Assembly: GCA_036785375.1 (NCBI GenBank)
Contig: JAWMAR010000013.1
Span: forward strand, 13,144,001-13,208,000
DNA from: Leucoraja ocellata
Taxonomy: Eukaryota
Direction: 5' to 3'
Length of the DNA stretch: 64,000 nucleotides
Below the pieces are notes generated by a model that was given only the letters and a program-made list of their open reading frames with translations, made no database searches and was not told the origin of the DNA. Below are positions 11,160 through 23,629 of this stretch, in pieces; within the stretch, counting starts at the first letter, position 1, and each line of letters begins with the position of its first letter. Both the position numbers and the translations under genes were made by a program.

Positions 11160-13460
11160 TCGGTCATGTCACATTTGGAGTATTACATGCAGTTCTGGTC
11201 GCCCCATTACAGGTTAGAATGTAGCCTTCAGAGAGGGTACAGAGGAGGTTTACCTGAATGCTGCCTGGATTAGAGGGCTGAAGCTGCAGGGAAAGGTCTG
11301 GTAAACATAGATTGTTTTCTCCATGGAACGTTGGTTGAGGGGAGACTTGATAGAGGTGTACAAAATTATGCATAGAGAAGCATAGATAGGGAAGACAGAC
11401 AGGATCTTTTTCCCCAAGGTGGAAATATCTAACACTACAGGGCATTGCACCTGTAGAAGTTAGAGAGAGTCCTCCTTGACAACCCGATTCTCCGTCGGTA
11501 TGTCAAGGATATGGATCATGTACAGGCAGATGGTATCAGTTTAGCTTGACATCATGTTCGGCACAAACATTATGAGCCAAAGTTTCTATTCTATGTTTTG
11601 TGACTGTAGAGAAGGACAGGAAATATAAGCAACAGAAACTAAATGCAGAGTGAATAAAAATTGTTTATGTAAAAGCACACAGCATTTGGAATCAGATAAA
11701 TACGACTTGAATCGTAACATCCAAGGCAGAAAGGTGAGGTAACTTTGTTCATCAAGAATTATGAGAAAACTGGCAAGAACTTTGGATAAATAAAAAGGAA
11801 GAGGATAATTAAGGCAAGTGTGGGACTTGGGAAATGAATGACAGGAAAAGACTGGAAATTAATGACAGAAAGCAAGTAAATGGCAGATAGGTTAAATTAC
11901 AAAACGTTGGAGTAACTCAGCGGGACAGGTTAAATCAATACTTCGCATGCGTCTTCACAGTGAAGGGCACTGCATATATTCCAAAGATATTTGATAGTTG
12001 AAAATAGCATGAAAGAAATAATAATCCATATCACAAAGGACAAGGTTTTGGAAAAGGCCAGAAGACTAAAAGCAGGCAAGGACCTGCAGGCCTGCACGCA
12101 GTATCTGAAAGGAAGCACCTGCAGAGGGAGTGGACCCATAGCTGGAAGTGTTTCAAAAATCAACAAGCTCGAGGAGGGTCCGAGAAGGGAGGAGGACAAG
12201 TAGATTGTGAAGGCCATGTTATCTTAACAGCTGATTCTGGAGACTGCAATCCAGGAAGAAGTGGCTAGTCACACAAAGAATCTAAGGCAATCAAACCAAG
12301 TCAATGTGGTTTTTGATGAAATGGAAACCAAGCTCAACAAATGAATTACATACTTTGAGGAAGTAGCAAGCAGAGTAGATTGATGAGAACCTGTAGGTTT
12401 AGTGTATTTGAATTTCCAGAAGGGATATGACAAAGTGTCATACAAAATGCTGAGATGTGTGTTAGAAAGGATTGAAGATTTATTTAAACATAGAAGACGA
12501 AGTCCAAATAAATGGGTCTTCTTCAGGCTGGATGTGTGCAACTAGTGGACTTGGCCTTGGATTGATTCTTGACACACAATTATTTACCATTCATGCTAAC
12601 AATACTCTCAAGAGGGCCAGGTTTCCAAGTTTGCCTGTGACACTAAAACGGGTGGGAGGGCAGGTTGCAGTGTGATATTTAGATATAGCAAAAGATATAG
12701 ATAGTTGAGTGATTGGGAGTTTAAGGTTGGAAAGTGGGAGGGCATGCACTTTCATAAGAGTATTCTGAAGGCAGACTATCTAAACGATCTAGATGAGCAA
12801 ATTACAAATGAATCTGTGTGTTCTTGTGCACCAACTGAAAAACATTATCAGATGTACAGCAAGGGGTTAACAAAGTAAATGGCATACTGACCTTTATTGT
12901 AAGAGGGTTGGAGTTGAGAAATGGAGATGTACTGTTACAATAGTAGGAATACATATGAAAAACTGTGTGCATTTTTGGTCCTCTTTGTAAATAAGAATAT
13001 AGTAGTATTGAAGGCAGTCCAAAAGAGATTCTCTAGGATGAGGGGACTGTTCCATTACATGTCCTAAATAAATTATGTCATTATTCTTTGGAGTTTAGAA
13101 AAATAAGGAGTGATCTTATCAGAGCACACAAGACCCGATGGGGACATGACAAGATAGATGTCAAGATGTTTCCACCGGTGGGAGAATCTTGAACGAGAAG
13201 AAATAGTTAAAAGGTCAGGGCGCTGTTAGTTAAAACTTGCGGGGAGGTGCTTCTTCTCACAGAGGATGGATGATGAATCTCTGGAGTCTCTCTCTGTGAG
13301 ATTTGCAGGTTAGATCTTTGGAGGTCTTTAAAGAGTTTGTAGATACATTTTTCAAAGACCAGGTTATGGATGGTTGAAGAGCACTGGCACAAAAGAGGAG
13401 ATGAGACGTGGGACAGTTCAATCATATCATATTAAATGGTAGGGCTTCTATGGGGCTGGG
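11160..13460 (+). mobile_element. Old CR1 LINE fragments, heavily decayed
   Basis: HLEYYMQFWSP, RVQRRFT, VYLNFQKGYDKVS (YLDFQKAFDKV-like) remnants. Confidence 0.7.
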
Positions 13461-13930
13461 CCTGCTATGTACATTTTCTGGAAGGTTTGGGCATGGTAAC
13501 TATCTCAATATGGACAATCCCCATTCATTTTCTCTGACCATCTTTTATCTGGTATTTTAATAGTGAATTTGCACAAAAAATTGAAAATATCTGGTTATTG
13601 GATGAGCACAAGCAAATCACTTAAAACTACTCCATGAGTGATTACGAGATGAAAGTGAGGTTGCGTACCTGAATATTAAGAGCATGTAAGATATACTTTC
13701 ATTTAAATAGGACCATTCTAAGCTTAAGGCATCTGATAACATTTTGTCAAAACTATACTACAGCTCTTTCACCATATGTTAGATTTGATTTGCATTAAAA
13801 ATTCTCAGCTATGACATTTATAAAACATATTGTGCTGCTTAAAATTTGATGTCCTCTTTAATAAACTAAAATGGAGAGTATTAACAATCATCAGCGTTTA
13901 AAATGTTGCTTAATGTGTATATTGGCTTAT

Positions 13931-14742
13931 ATATGGCGGATGTGCAGGAGTGGGCGCCATTTGTGTATGGCAGCCTGCCTGCAGTCCGTCTTTCCACCCT
14001 TTTTAGTGTCTAAAACCTTTTTTTGGAGGTCTAATCTTTTTATGTGGGGGGTGGTGGGGGGGAAGGGGGAAACTGTATTAATCCCAGTCCTACGTGGTCG
14101 GAGATGCGGTTTTCCTCCGAATCGCATATTCGTCCTCTCCGTGCGGCCTACCATCGAACTGGAGCGGCGTTTCCTGCCGGGACCACAGCTTCGGCGGCGG
14201 CACAGCGCTGGGACACCAACACGGAGCGGGCGATGCCTTACCGGGTCGCTGTGCGGTAAGCTCCGGAGTGCGGTGACCACTGACTCCAACATCGCGGAAC
14301 TGTGGCTGCGGAGCCTGGGTCCGAGATCGCCAGAGTCAGAGCTCCAACCGGCGCGGCCTGAGGACTTCGGGTGCCGCAGTCTCTGGGGAGGGAGCGGCCG
14401 CTTCAGACATTCCAAACCGCTGAGGAGTGTTCACCCGACGCCGGAGTTCCAGCTTACCAGCAAGAAGGCCTGAAAGCATCGGACTGGCTGAGGAGGCCAC
14501 AAATAGGCCCCGACCTCGGGTGGACTATGAGGAGGAGGAGAACTGGACTTTTTGGTGCCTTCCCTCACAGCGGATTCTGCTGTGGGGGGACGTTTCATGT
14601 TGAATTCTATAGTACTGTGTCTTTTTTCCTTTTTCTAATATATGGATGTATGGAAATCTAATTTCTTCTCTGTAAAGCACTTTGGCTTCAACGTGATTTG
14701 ATTTAAAAGTGCTATATAAATAAAAATTACTTACTTATTTAC
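13931..14742 (+). mobile_element. GC-rich non-autonomous retroelement with an L2-like 3' tail (copy 1)
   Basis: Homologous along its length to 24440-25340 (minus); ends tgtaaagcactttgg..gtgctatataaataaa plus a short tandem tail. Confidence 0.8.
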
Positions 14743-14850
14743 TAAATATAAAAACGAGAGAATTAAGGTAGGGAATACACACTAACAATACTCTTGCCTG
14801 ATCATCTGTGAATATAAATATATTTATATTAGACTATAAAGTGTGCAGGT

Positions 14851-15000
14851 AGACACAGTCTGAAGAAAGGTCCCGACCCAAAACGTCACCTATTCCGATT
14901 TTCCAGAGATGCTGCCTGACCCGCTGAGTTACTCCCTTATACCAAAGATGGGTTTGTGTTCATCTTTGGTAAAAACCAGCATCTGCAATTCCTTCCTACA
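14851..15000 (+). mobile_element. pLTR-only PLE insertion with degenerate hammerhead motif
   Basis: TSD tataaagtgt(g/t)caggt at 14835-14850 and 15001-15016. Confidence 0.8.
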
Positions 15001-15559
15001 TATAAAGTGTTCAGGTTCTGTGTAGAGAAATGAAGCACGCAGGTCACAGTGCACTGAATAGATGGGCAATTTGTAATCCTACCTATCAGGATGACTTTTC
15101 ATGGTGGTAGTAGAGGCTAGTTGTTGCATATATTCAGGTTGAAATGCGTTAAGTTTGGATAAATAATTTTGTTTGTGCAGTATTAAATATTTCACAGAAC
15201 TAATAAATGTACAAGAAAATTAATTGGTTATTTTGACAATTTATTTTGAAATAATGGCAGAATGGACTAATTATACCAAACAACAGCAAGTAGAGTCTAC
15301 ACGTTTCTGATTCTTAAATTGAAGTAAATGAGACTGTCATAATGTGTAACAAAATTAGAAAAAGCTGATTCTACTTCAGTTTATAAAACAATAACAGCCC
15401 ATCAACATGTAAACCATGTTTAGCACGTACAGATTTAATCTTCATTCCATATTCACTCATTCAGAATAAGTTACTTTATAAAATAATGAAACTCATTAGA
15501 TACATGAACTCTTGCAGAAGTGCTATTGACAGCTATTTTAGAGAGATTATATTTGGAGT

Positions 15560-15880
15560 CACTGAGTCCTACATCACAGAAGCTGGCGATTTGACCTACC
15601 ATCACAGCTCTGACTATTAAGCACTAATTTCATTTTATTCTCCACATGTTCCCATCAAGTCGCCCAGATTGTATAATTAATCATCATTCGACGGATAATT
15701 TACAATAGTCAATTAACCCACATATCTGCCAGATATGAGAGAAAACAGCAGCTCCCAGGAAAAAAAAACAACCCACATGTTGAAAGAGAACGTGCAAACT
15801 CCTCATGCAGCACAGGAGTCCAGAACTGAACCAGGTTGCTGGAGATTTCAGGCAGCAGCTCAACTGGTTGTGCATGGTGC
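15560..15880 (-). mobile_element. Old HE1-like tRNA SINE
   Basis: Diverged match to the other SINE copies (aatttaca..caattaacc, gagaacgtgcaaactc, ggcagcagctc). Confidence 0.6.
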
Positions 15881-17352
15881 GGTCCTTGATCTTATTGTAG
15901 CAAGGACTTGTTTCTTGTGAATTTCTAATCTTGTGTTATAGTCAATAATATTACAGCATAGTGCTGATTTTTGAAATCATACTGATTATATATCACATTC
16001 TATTTACTTTCAAATCATCCTTTTATTCATCGCAGTCCATAATTACACAAAGTAAAGGTGTCTCACCTTTGGAGTATTCCCTCCTGAAATAAAATCATTT
16101 CAATTTTACTGTGATTCCATGATCATACGTTACCTTAAATTAATGTAAAGCTATTTTATAACTTCTGGAATTCAGCTTTCTGCAACCGTGGACTAAAATC
16201 CTTCAAACCCAAATTAAGTGTTAGTGTGCAGGCTGTTGGTGAGTAACTGATGTAAATGTATATTTCAAAATCCCCCCTTCAGGATGCAATAAACATCTTC
16301 TGCTCCTCCACATACAAAACTCTGTATTTGAGATATTTTCCAATCTCAAGCGCTGCTAGACTAGCGTGTTCTCAGAGCAAGGTTGCTTGCTGAACCCAAA
16401 TTTACCCGCAGCTCTTTCTGCTCATAGATTGGTTTCTAATTGGCATCAGAAAAGTCAGAATTTCAATTTGAGAAGTGAGAATACAATCCAGGAACCAAAG
16501 TAGGGAACTCAGAAAAGCCCTTACCAGCAAAAGATATATTTCTGGAAACATGAATATTCAGCAGCAAAAGTTAATTTAGATGACTGCTGAAACAAGTCTT
16601 TTGGAATTTACTGGCTGAGTACATCATCTTGAAGAAAAAAAAATCTCCCACAGCATTGCTGATAACAAGAACAGCCGTTTATTGAAGAGTGCCTCGATGT
16701 GCTGAAGCTGCAAGAGATTGCACATTGGCTCTCCAGTTCTCCTCTACAGACAGCTGTGCGGAGGTGTCCAAATGTATGTCAGAAGTTCCCACCAGGGAGA
16801 GAGCAAAAAACTGAAGGGGGAATTGTTCAACATTCAGCCTGTGTGTTTCATGATATCTAAATTCATCACTGTATTGGGTCAAGGTCATTCACTTTCATGG
16901 CTCAAGATGTTCTATGAAAGAGAATTTTAAAAACGCATGGGAGAAAATCCCTTTAAACATCAAGAAGAAATGGCACGGTGGGAACTTGGGAATAATTTAC
17001 TTCTGTTGCTGCAAAGTTTGGAGTGAATGGGGAACAAAGAAAAGAAAAATGTGTTTTATACAGATATTGCCTTTAAATTAGTAACAACTAAGGCTATTAA
17101 ATTCAAAAATAATATGTAACACTGTCCAAGGAAATAATCTTCAAATGCGATATTAAATCTACAAACTGTCTACGCTTGAAGCTTGATGCTGACGTCTCAT
17201 GGTACTTTGAAATGAATAATGCAATTTCAGCCCACCATGGTGGTCAACATTTACATTTTAGCCACCGTTGATAAAGTAGATTAACTGGCCTTTAATTCCG
17301 TTCTATGTATGGAACCTTGTTGGACCGAAATCGGTCATTTGGTCTGGTTTGT

Positions 17353-17575
17353 GGGACGACAGATGGCACAATGGGCTAAGTGTTCGGCTGGCGACCGGAA
17401 GGTAGCCGGTTTGAATCCCGCTTGGAGTGCATACTGTCGTTGTGTCCTTGGGGCAAGACACTTCACCCACCTTTGCCTGTGTGTAAATGTAGTGTAATTA
17501 TGTGAAGCACTTTGGGGTCAATGCAAGTTGACTAAAAATGTGCTATATAAATAAGATTATTATTATTATTATTAT
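17353..17575 (+). mobile_element. tRNA-derived SINE with L2-like tail and (ATT)n end
   Basis: A box tggcacaatgg, B box ggtttgaatccc, core ttgtgtccttggggcaagacactt, tail gtgaagcactttgg..gtgctatataaataa. Confidence 0.85.
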
Positions 17576-17874
17576 TTCTATCCATCATTAGCATTCACAG
17601 ATGTAAGACATTGCCTCAAAAGCACTGCAAATATTTAGAGTTTTAGAAAGGAGCTATATTAAATAAGTTCTTAATGCAGCCATATATTTCTTTTGGCTGA
17701 GGAGCACGTACTGTCCCTGGAATCTTTACTGAGATTCAACTTTCCATTATTGAGATTGGTTTGTCTGGTAGAGAGTAGGTTGATAAATAACAAGGAGTAG
17801 GATATGTAAGAATCATATATGCCATAATTTTTATCTTGGCTTTTTGAATGCCCTTTCTATTATAACTTAATAAG

Positions 17875-18190
17875 TTCATACGTTATAGGAGCAGAGTTAA
17901 GCCATTCGGCCCATCAAGTCTACTCCACCAATTAATCATGGCTGATCTATCTTTCCGTCTCAACCCCATTCTCCTGCCTGCTCCCTATAACCCCTGATAC
18001 CTGTAATCAAGAATCTGTCAATCTCCGCCGTAAAAATATCAATTGACTTGGCCCCCACAGCCTTCCGTGGCAATGAATTCCACATTATTCACCACCCTCT
18101 ATGACTAACAAAATTCCTCCTCATCTCCTTTTTAAAGGTACGCCCTTTAAGTCTGAGGCTATATTCTAGACTATACCACTAATTGAAACA
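17875..18190 (-). mobile_element. CR1 LINE 3' end
   Basis: gccattcggcccatc..catggctgatctat 3'UTR; RVVN.WNSLP remnant. Confidence 0.75.
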
Positions 18191-18447
18191 TCGTTATTGA
18201 TCTACCATCAGTGATGTATACATTTTGCACTATGATTGTAACCTTATCCTTTTCATAAATATTTCATGCCTTATTTTATAGCAGTCCATTGCTTTATATG
18301 TGTTGAACCAATGTGTGTGAATGGTTATCTCTCAAGTGGGATAAATAGCATTCCAGATTTGATTCAGGGACCTTACAGCAAATGATATTCTTTATATGCT
18401 AACGGGAGTTCATCTTTAGTTTAATTCCTGTTTCATTTTTTCACATA

Positions 18448-18990
18448 CAGTCTACCCTTGTTATTACAGACCTCTTTATAACAGATTTTGGTTCCAGTGG
18501 ACGGAGTGTCCCCACAGTAAGCAGGGTGCTAGTTACACTGCATGAGGTCATTGAAACGGACAAGCATTGGCTTTGATCGACACGTGCAATGATGATGGAC
18601 ACAAAGTGTTGGAGTAACTCAATGGGTGAGGCAGCATCTCTTAAGAGCATGGATAAGGTAATGTTTCGGGTCAAGACCCACAGCTGGATAACGCTACATG
18701 CCCGAACGCCACGAGGCCAAGATTCTAGGCCCAGTGCAGACCGAGAGACTGAAGAGGGGTCTTGACCCGAAACATCACCTATCGATGTCCTCCAGAGATG
18801 TTGCCTGACCTGCTGAGTCACTCCCGCACTTTTTGTGTCTTTTTGTGTATTAACTAGCATTTGCAGTCATTTGTTTCTACTGCTTGTGCATTAATACTCT
18901 ATTACTCGATAATCCCTTACTTGGTTATAGTAGACAATCAGCAATAACAAACACCGTTTTCCCCCAATGGTCTGTTATAAGGGTTTCCTG
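18448..18990. mobile_element. pogo/Tigger-like MITE carrying a hairpin PLE pLTR (~18597-18880)
   Basis: ta|cagtctacccttgttattacagacc ... ggtctgttataagggtttcctg, imperfect TIRs. Confidence 0.6.
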
Positions 18991-19042
18991 CAAATTTTTA
19001 TTCTCTCGATTAGTGCACTCTGACCTGCTAGGCACACCCTAA

Positions 19043-19719
19043 AGGACCTGTCTCACTTACGTGTCCTTGGCACGCAAATTACGCGATCTCGTGGTCGCGT
19101 TGAGCCGAGACAGTCGAGTGAAGGTCGGGCGCGGTTACATGCGCACGTCATTTGAAGATGGACACAAAGCTGGAGTAACTCAGCGGGACCGGCAGCATCT
19201 CTGGAGAGAAGGAATGGGTGATGTTTCATGTCGAGACTCTTCTTCTGTCTGAAAAGAAGTCTTGGCCCAAAACGTCACCCATTGCTTCTCTCCAGAGATG
19301 CTGCTGGTCCCCCTGAGTTACTCCTGCATTTTGTGTCTACCTTCAATTTTCTTGGCCCCGCTCTGGGAGTAGAAGTGGGGCGGATCTGGACTGCAACGGC
19401 CGTGAGCCCCAGGCCGAGTTCGACGATCGTTTGCCTGCTTCTGCTGCTGTTGGAGGTGAGACGTTGCGTCGCGCCAGGGTCTTGGGCCTGTCCCACATTG
19501 GCCGTCAGTTCTGCGGCAGGCTGTTGGCGCGCAAAGATTTCGTTCACTGCAAGAATTTCGGAGCCCCGCGCGATGTCGGGACCGGCCCCACACAACTCCA
19601 TACCACTCCGCGCTTCTAAGAGGGACCGGGCCCGCGCGGCCATACGGTGCCCGTATGCCTCAAGCGACCATGAGGTCGCATAATTTGCGAGCCAAGGACG
19701 CGTAAGTGGGACAGGCCCT
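19043..19719. mobile_element. PIF/Harbinger-type MITE with a nested hairpin pLTR (~19152-19347)
   Basis: ~60-bp TIRs (aggacctgtctcacttacg.. / ..cgtaagtgggacaggccct); TAA TSD at 19040-19042 and 19720-19722. Confidence 0.85.
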
Positions 19720-19760
19720 TAAGGCTCTAAATGTTGCACATTTTTACACACCTGTGTTAT

Positions 19761-20230
19761 ACAGTAAACCCTCATTAAAACAAACCAGAATGGGGGAATG
19801 ATGTCCGTTATTGCCGATTGTCCGCTATAACCAAGTAAGGGATTATCATTGTATGTAATTAAAACAAATAACTGAAGATGATGGTTAATACACAAAAGGA
19901 CACAGAGGTGGAGTAACCTAGTGCCAGGCAGCATCTCTGGAGACCATGAATAGGTGGCACCGGGACCCTTCTTCATACTGATTCAGTCTGCTGAGTTACT
20001 CCAGCAGTTTATATCGTTTCACCTTAAAACTAGGCGCAGATGCCGCTGGTCTGCACCAGCGAGCTCTTCGTCACTGGTTGACGTGGCTGTTGCTATGGAT
20101 CACGTTGTTGCCCCGACTGGACGTGCTTTCTTCAAGCCGCTGTGACCAACAGGATACACTTGATCACCATTGGGCTCCCTCCCTTCTTACCCGGCAGTTG
20201 GTGATACCTTCCAAAGTGGAGCATGTGGGC
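19761..20230. mobile_element. Second copy of the pogo/Tigger-like MITE + pLTR composite, inverted relative to 18448-18990
   Basis: ta|cagtaaaccctc terminus; ctataaccaagtaagggattatc is the reverse complement of ~18906-18932; followed by the pLTR tail. Confidence 0.65.
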
Positions 20231-20239
20231 GACTACAAG

Positions 20240-21010
20240 CTAGGACTTTATTCCTTGGACTGCAGGAGGCTGAGGATTGATCTCATCGATGTATATAAAA
20301 TCATGAGGGTAATAAATAGGGTGAATGTGTATAGTCTTTGTCACAGGGTGGGAGAATCAAGAAAACAGGGCATAGGTTTAACTGAGAGGAAAGATTTAAT
20401 TTAATGGAAACCTGAGGGGCAACTTTTTCTCTCAGAGAAAGGTTGGTCCATGGAAAGCGTTGCGAGATGAAGAAGTTGAGGCAAGTACAATAACAATATT
20501 TAAAAGGCACATGGACAGGTACATGGATAGGAATGGTTTTAGAGGATATGGGCCAAATTTGGATAAATGAACTAGATTTTGTGGGACATTTTGATTGGCA
20601 TGGAAGAGTTGGACCAAAGGGATTGTATCTGTGCTGTATGGCTCTAAATATTTCCTCTCGTGCCTTAAAAAGATGCTCTCTAGCTTTAGACTCCCTACCT
20701 ATGGAAAAAGTCTGTGACTATCCAACAATTAACATCTAAAAAGTAATCTCACCCTGCTCTCCTCCCCACCCAACCTCCTGTGCTCTGGTGAAATCAAGCC
20801 CAACCTATCCAATCTCTTCTTACAATTAAAGCCCTTCATTCCAGGCAACATCCTGGTGTATCTCATCTGCACTCTTCCTGACGTAACCACATACTTTATA
20901 TATTGTGGTGACAACAAGTGTGCACGGTATTACAAATATGGCCGAAATAATGTCTTGTACTGCTGCCATATGATGTCTAAACTCTTAAACTCAATACCTG
21001 TGCCGATGAC
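20240..21010. mobile_element. Two CR1 3' fragments, + (~20240-20645) and - (~20650-21010)
   Basis: LGLYSLDCRRLRIDLIDVYKIM; RVQMRYTRMLPGM..RLDRLGL. Confidence 0.75.
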
Positions 21011-21512
21011 CAGATGACTGCTAACTTAACTCCACACTAACTCTGGCTTCCCTTTGTCTTATCCATTGCCTTCCGTCACTTAAAACTAATTTGTTTTTGC
21101 TATTTCTCAATTTTGATAAAGGGTGTTTGACATGAAAAGTTATGTCTGTTTTTCTATCCACAGATTTTGCCTGACCTGTTGCGTGTTTTTAACGGTTTCT
21201 GACTGCTTCATTTTATTTATTTTTTAAGTTCATCGGCCATCAGAGCAGAGTAGGCCATAAGCCCCATTGAGTCTACTCCACCGTACAATCATGGCTGAAC
21301 TTCATTCACTTTGATGTGAACTATTTTGGGATGTTTGGGTTGCTTTCATAGTGTCATTTAAATACATGTTTTTTTTACATTGTTATGTGTCAGGTTGTGT
21401 GAAAGCAAGTAGATGTGTGGCAAGAAATTGAGAAAAAAGGTAGCTTGTTCTTCCTAGTTTGCTACCATTTAGTTTTTTACTCACCAGAGTGGCAACTCAA
21501 CATTGTTTCACA

Positions 21513-21727
21513 TGCAAAATGTGTTGGAAGGAACTACAGATGCTGGTTTAAACCGAAGATAGACACAAAAAGCTGGAGTAACTCAGCGGGACAGGCAGCA
21601 TCTCAGGAGAGAAGGAATGGGTGACGTTTTGGGTCGATACCCTTCTTCAGGCTCGGTTTCGACCCATTCCTTCTCTCCAGAGATGCTGCATGTCCCACTG
21701 AGTTACTCCAGCTTTTTGTGTCCATCT
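21513..21727. mobile_element. Hairpin pLTR-only PLE insertion (hammerhead motif 21623-21650, minus)
   Basis: Inverted arms; 11-bp TSD attgtttcaca at 21502-21512 and 21728-21738. Confidence 0.85.
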
Positions 21728-22109
21728 ATTGTTTCACAGGCTGTCTGCACCTTGTACCCATTCATTGTGTGTTCACTAAGGTGGTAAATGTGGGCAGTAA
21801 TGCAGACCTGAATCTGCTGTGGTCTAGAGATTGAGGGAATTTAGATTTTTTTAACATTCCAGGGAATATGGCAACTTACAGGACCAATGAAACCATTCTA
21901 AGTGACTGCATGAATAATGAATTGAAACTAGATCAGTTAACATTGTACCACAACATGCCCAATAACACATAGCAAATCTAAATATAATATAACAATCTAT
22001 TTATTATAGTTCAAGGCATAATGTTTTAAAATAGCAATGTGGGTCATTAAAATAAATATTGTATTTGGGAACATTTATTAAGTTAGATTTATCAATATTC
22101 TGTTGGCAG

Positions 22110-22213
22110 ATTCGCCAATTGAAAGGTCTAGCCGGAGACGCAGCATGCCTGGGACTGCTCCGGAGGAAAACCCTCCCACAGAGTTACCCACGCCTACGCC
22201 CTTTCGAGTGACG
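22110..22213 (+). CDS. Probable internal coding exon of an unidentified host gene (104 nt, phase 1 to 0)
   Basis: Acceptor atattctgttggcag|, donor acg|gtaagt; GC/CpG-rich island in AT-rich non-repeat flanks; (D)SPIERSSRRRSMPGTAPEENPPTELPTPTPFRVT. Confidence 0.7.
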
Positions 22214-22951
22214 GTAAGTGCATTTATTAAAAAGATTAATGCTCTTTCAGTTTGTGTTGGTGGTAGTTCATTTAATTTGCTCCATCTGTCATATGCCATT
22301 TTACCTCCTAAACTGCCATCCTGCTTGTATCTGCTGACAATATCGTTTGGGACAATGAAGGCTACCATGTCCCCAAGCAGTTGGCAAGTTAAGTTTGTGG
22401 CAGGTGGCAGTGAAGGAAACAGTCAGTGTCAAGGAAGCAGATCTCATCTAAACCTGCAAGATTCTGAAAAGGCTTGACAGGCTAATTTGCAGGAGGAAGG
22501 TTCTGTTGGCAGAAGTGTCTAGGGCCATGGGTCATAAAATAATTGGAAGGCCATTTAGGACTGAGTTGAGGAGAACTTTCATTAAAGTGTGTGGAAGACA
22601 TTTGGAGTTCTCTGCCATGGATGTCTGTGAAGGTTCAAATGTTGTTCATTCAACACAAATTGATTGATTTCTGTACAATAAGGGAATTGGGGGCTTTGGG
22701 TATAGTACTGGAAAATATCCGAGGGAGGAGAACAGACCTGACCTCAAGGAATGGTGCAGCAGGTTCAAATAGTTGGATGTTCTGTTCTCATGAGGCCTCT
22801 ATATTTCTATCAGTATCTCATAAATTCCACAAATAAAGTTAAAGTTAAAAATAAAGTTAAAGTAATGATCTGGCATCTCAAAACTTGAAATAAAATGTTG
22901 ACAAATTTGCTTTTCTGATGCTCATTAAGATATCTTCCTCATGGTATGAAT

Positions 22952-23629
22952 CGGGGTCGGATTTAGTTGAAGCGAGGCCCTAGGCTATTCCACTTGTGAG
23001 GCCCCTCCCAATCCCCCACCCCCACGACGAGAGGAAGATGGAAGTCCACCAGATTGACGCGGTGTGCAACCGAGTGTGGCCAATGAGATAAGGGCTGGAA
23101 AGCTGCACTTTTTATTTATTGCCAGTGCTAGTGTCGAGTTATCGGCTTAAAACACTATTATTCTGAAATGGAGGGCAAGGAAAATTACTGAAGTGTTGTT
23201 CAGAGACGACAGTGCGTTGTGACAGCATATGTAAGAAAGGCCTATGACAGTGTCAAAAATATTATCCACCAGGCCCGTACAAAGCTTTTCAAAAAGGGGG
23301 ATGGCATGGCAGGATTACAAAAAAAATATGTGAAATAAGTGCACGCAGCGCATTTCACAAGGGCGAAGGTCAAAGACCCTTGCGGCCGGGGTCCAGGGAA
23401 ATTTTTTCCCCCAAAACAATGCGGGAATAAACTCCACCTCTCAAATCGCCACAAAACTTTCTACCTGATCTATAGACTGTTTAGACAACCTACCTCCCCC
23501 CATAGCACTCCAATTTTTTTTTTCTCAGGATTTTTTTTACTCTGGGGAAAAAACACCTTGGCCTTAGGCCCCCTAGATTTTGAGGCCCTAGGCTTCAGCC
23601 TATGAAGCCTATGCGTAAATCTGTCCCTG
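22952..23629. mobile_element. Non-autonomous hAT element
   Basis: TIR cggggtcggattta / taaatctgtccctg; perfect 8-bp TSD gtatgaat at 22944-22951 and 23630-23637; repeated gaggccc subterminal motifs. Confidence 0.88.

Noticed and set aside
13871-14661. GC-rich ORFs (200, 162 aa) and their counterparts at 24591-25215 as host genes
   Set aside because: Reading frames are not conserved between the two repeat copies. Long ORFs are expected from the high GC content.
16067-16083. 17-nt minus-strand microexon (tttcag|gagggaatactccaaag|gtgaga)
   Set aside because: Splice-like signals are good, but it is not frame-preserving, is opposite to the better exon, and is likely by chance in 64 kb.
17353-17425. 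tRNA gene
   Set aside because: The A/B boxes are followed by a SINE body and LINE-type tail, and no convincing cloverleaf is seen. The same applies to the HE1-like heads.
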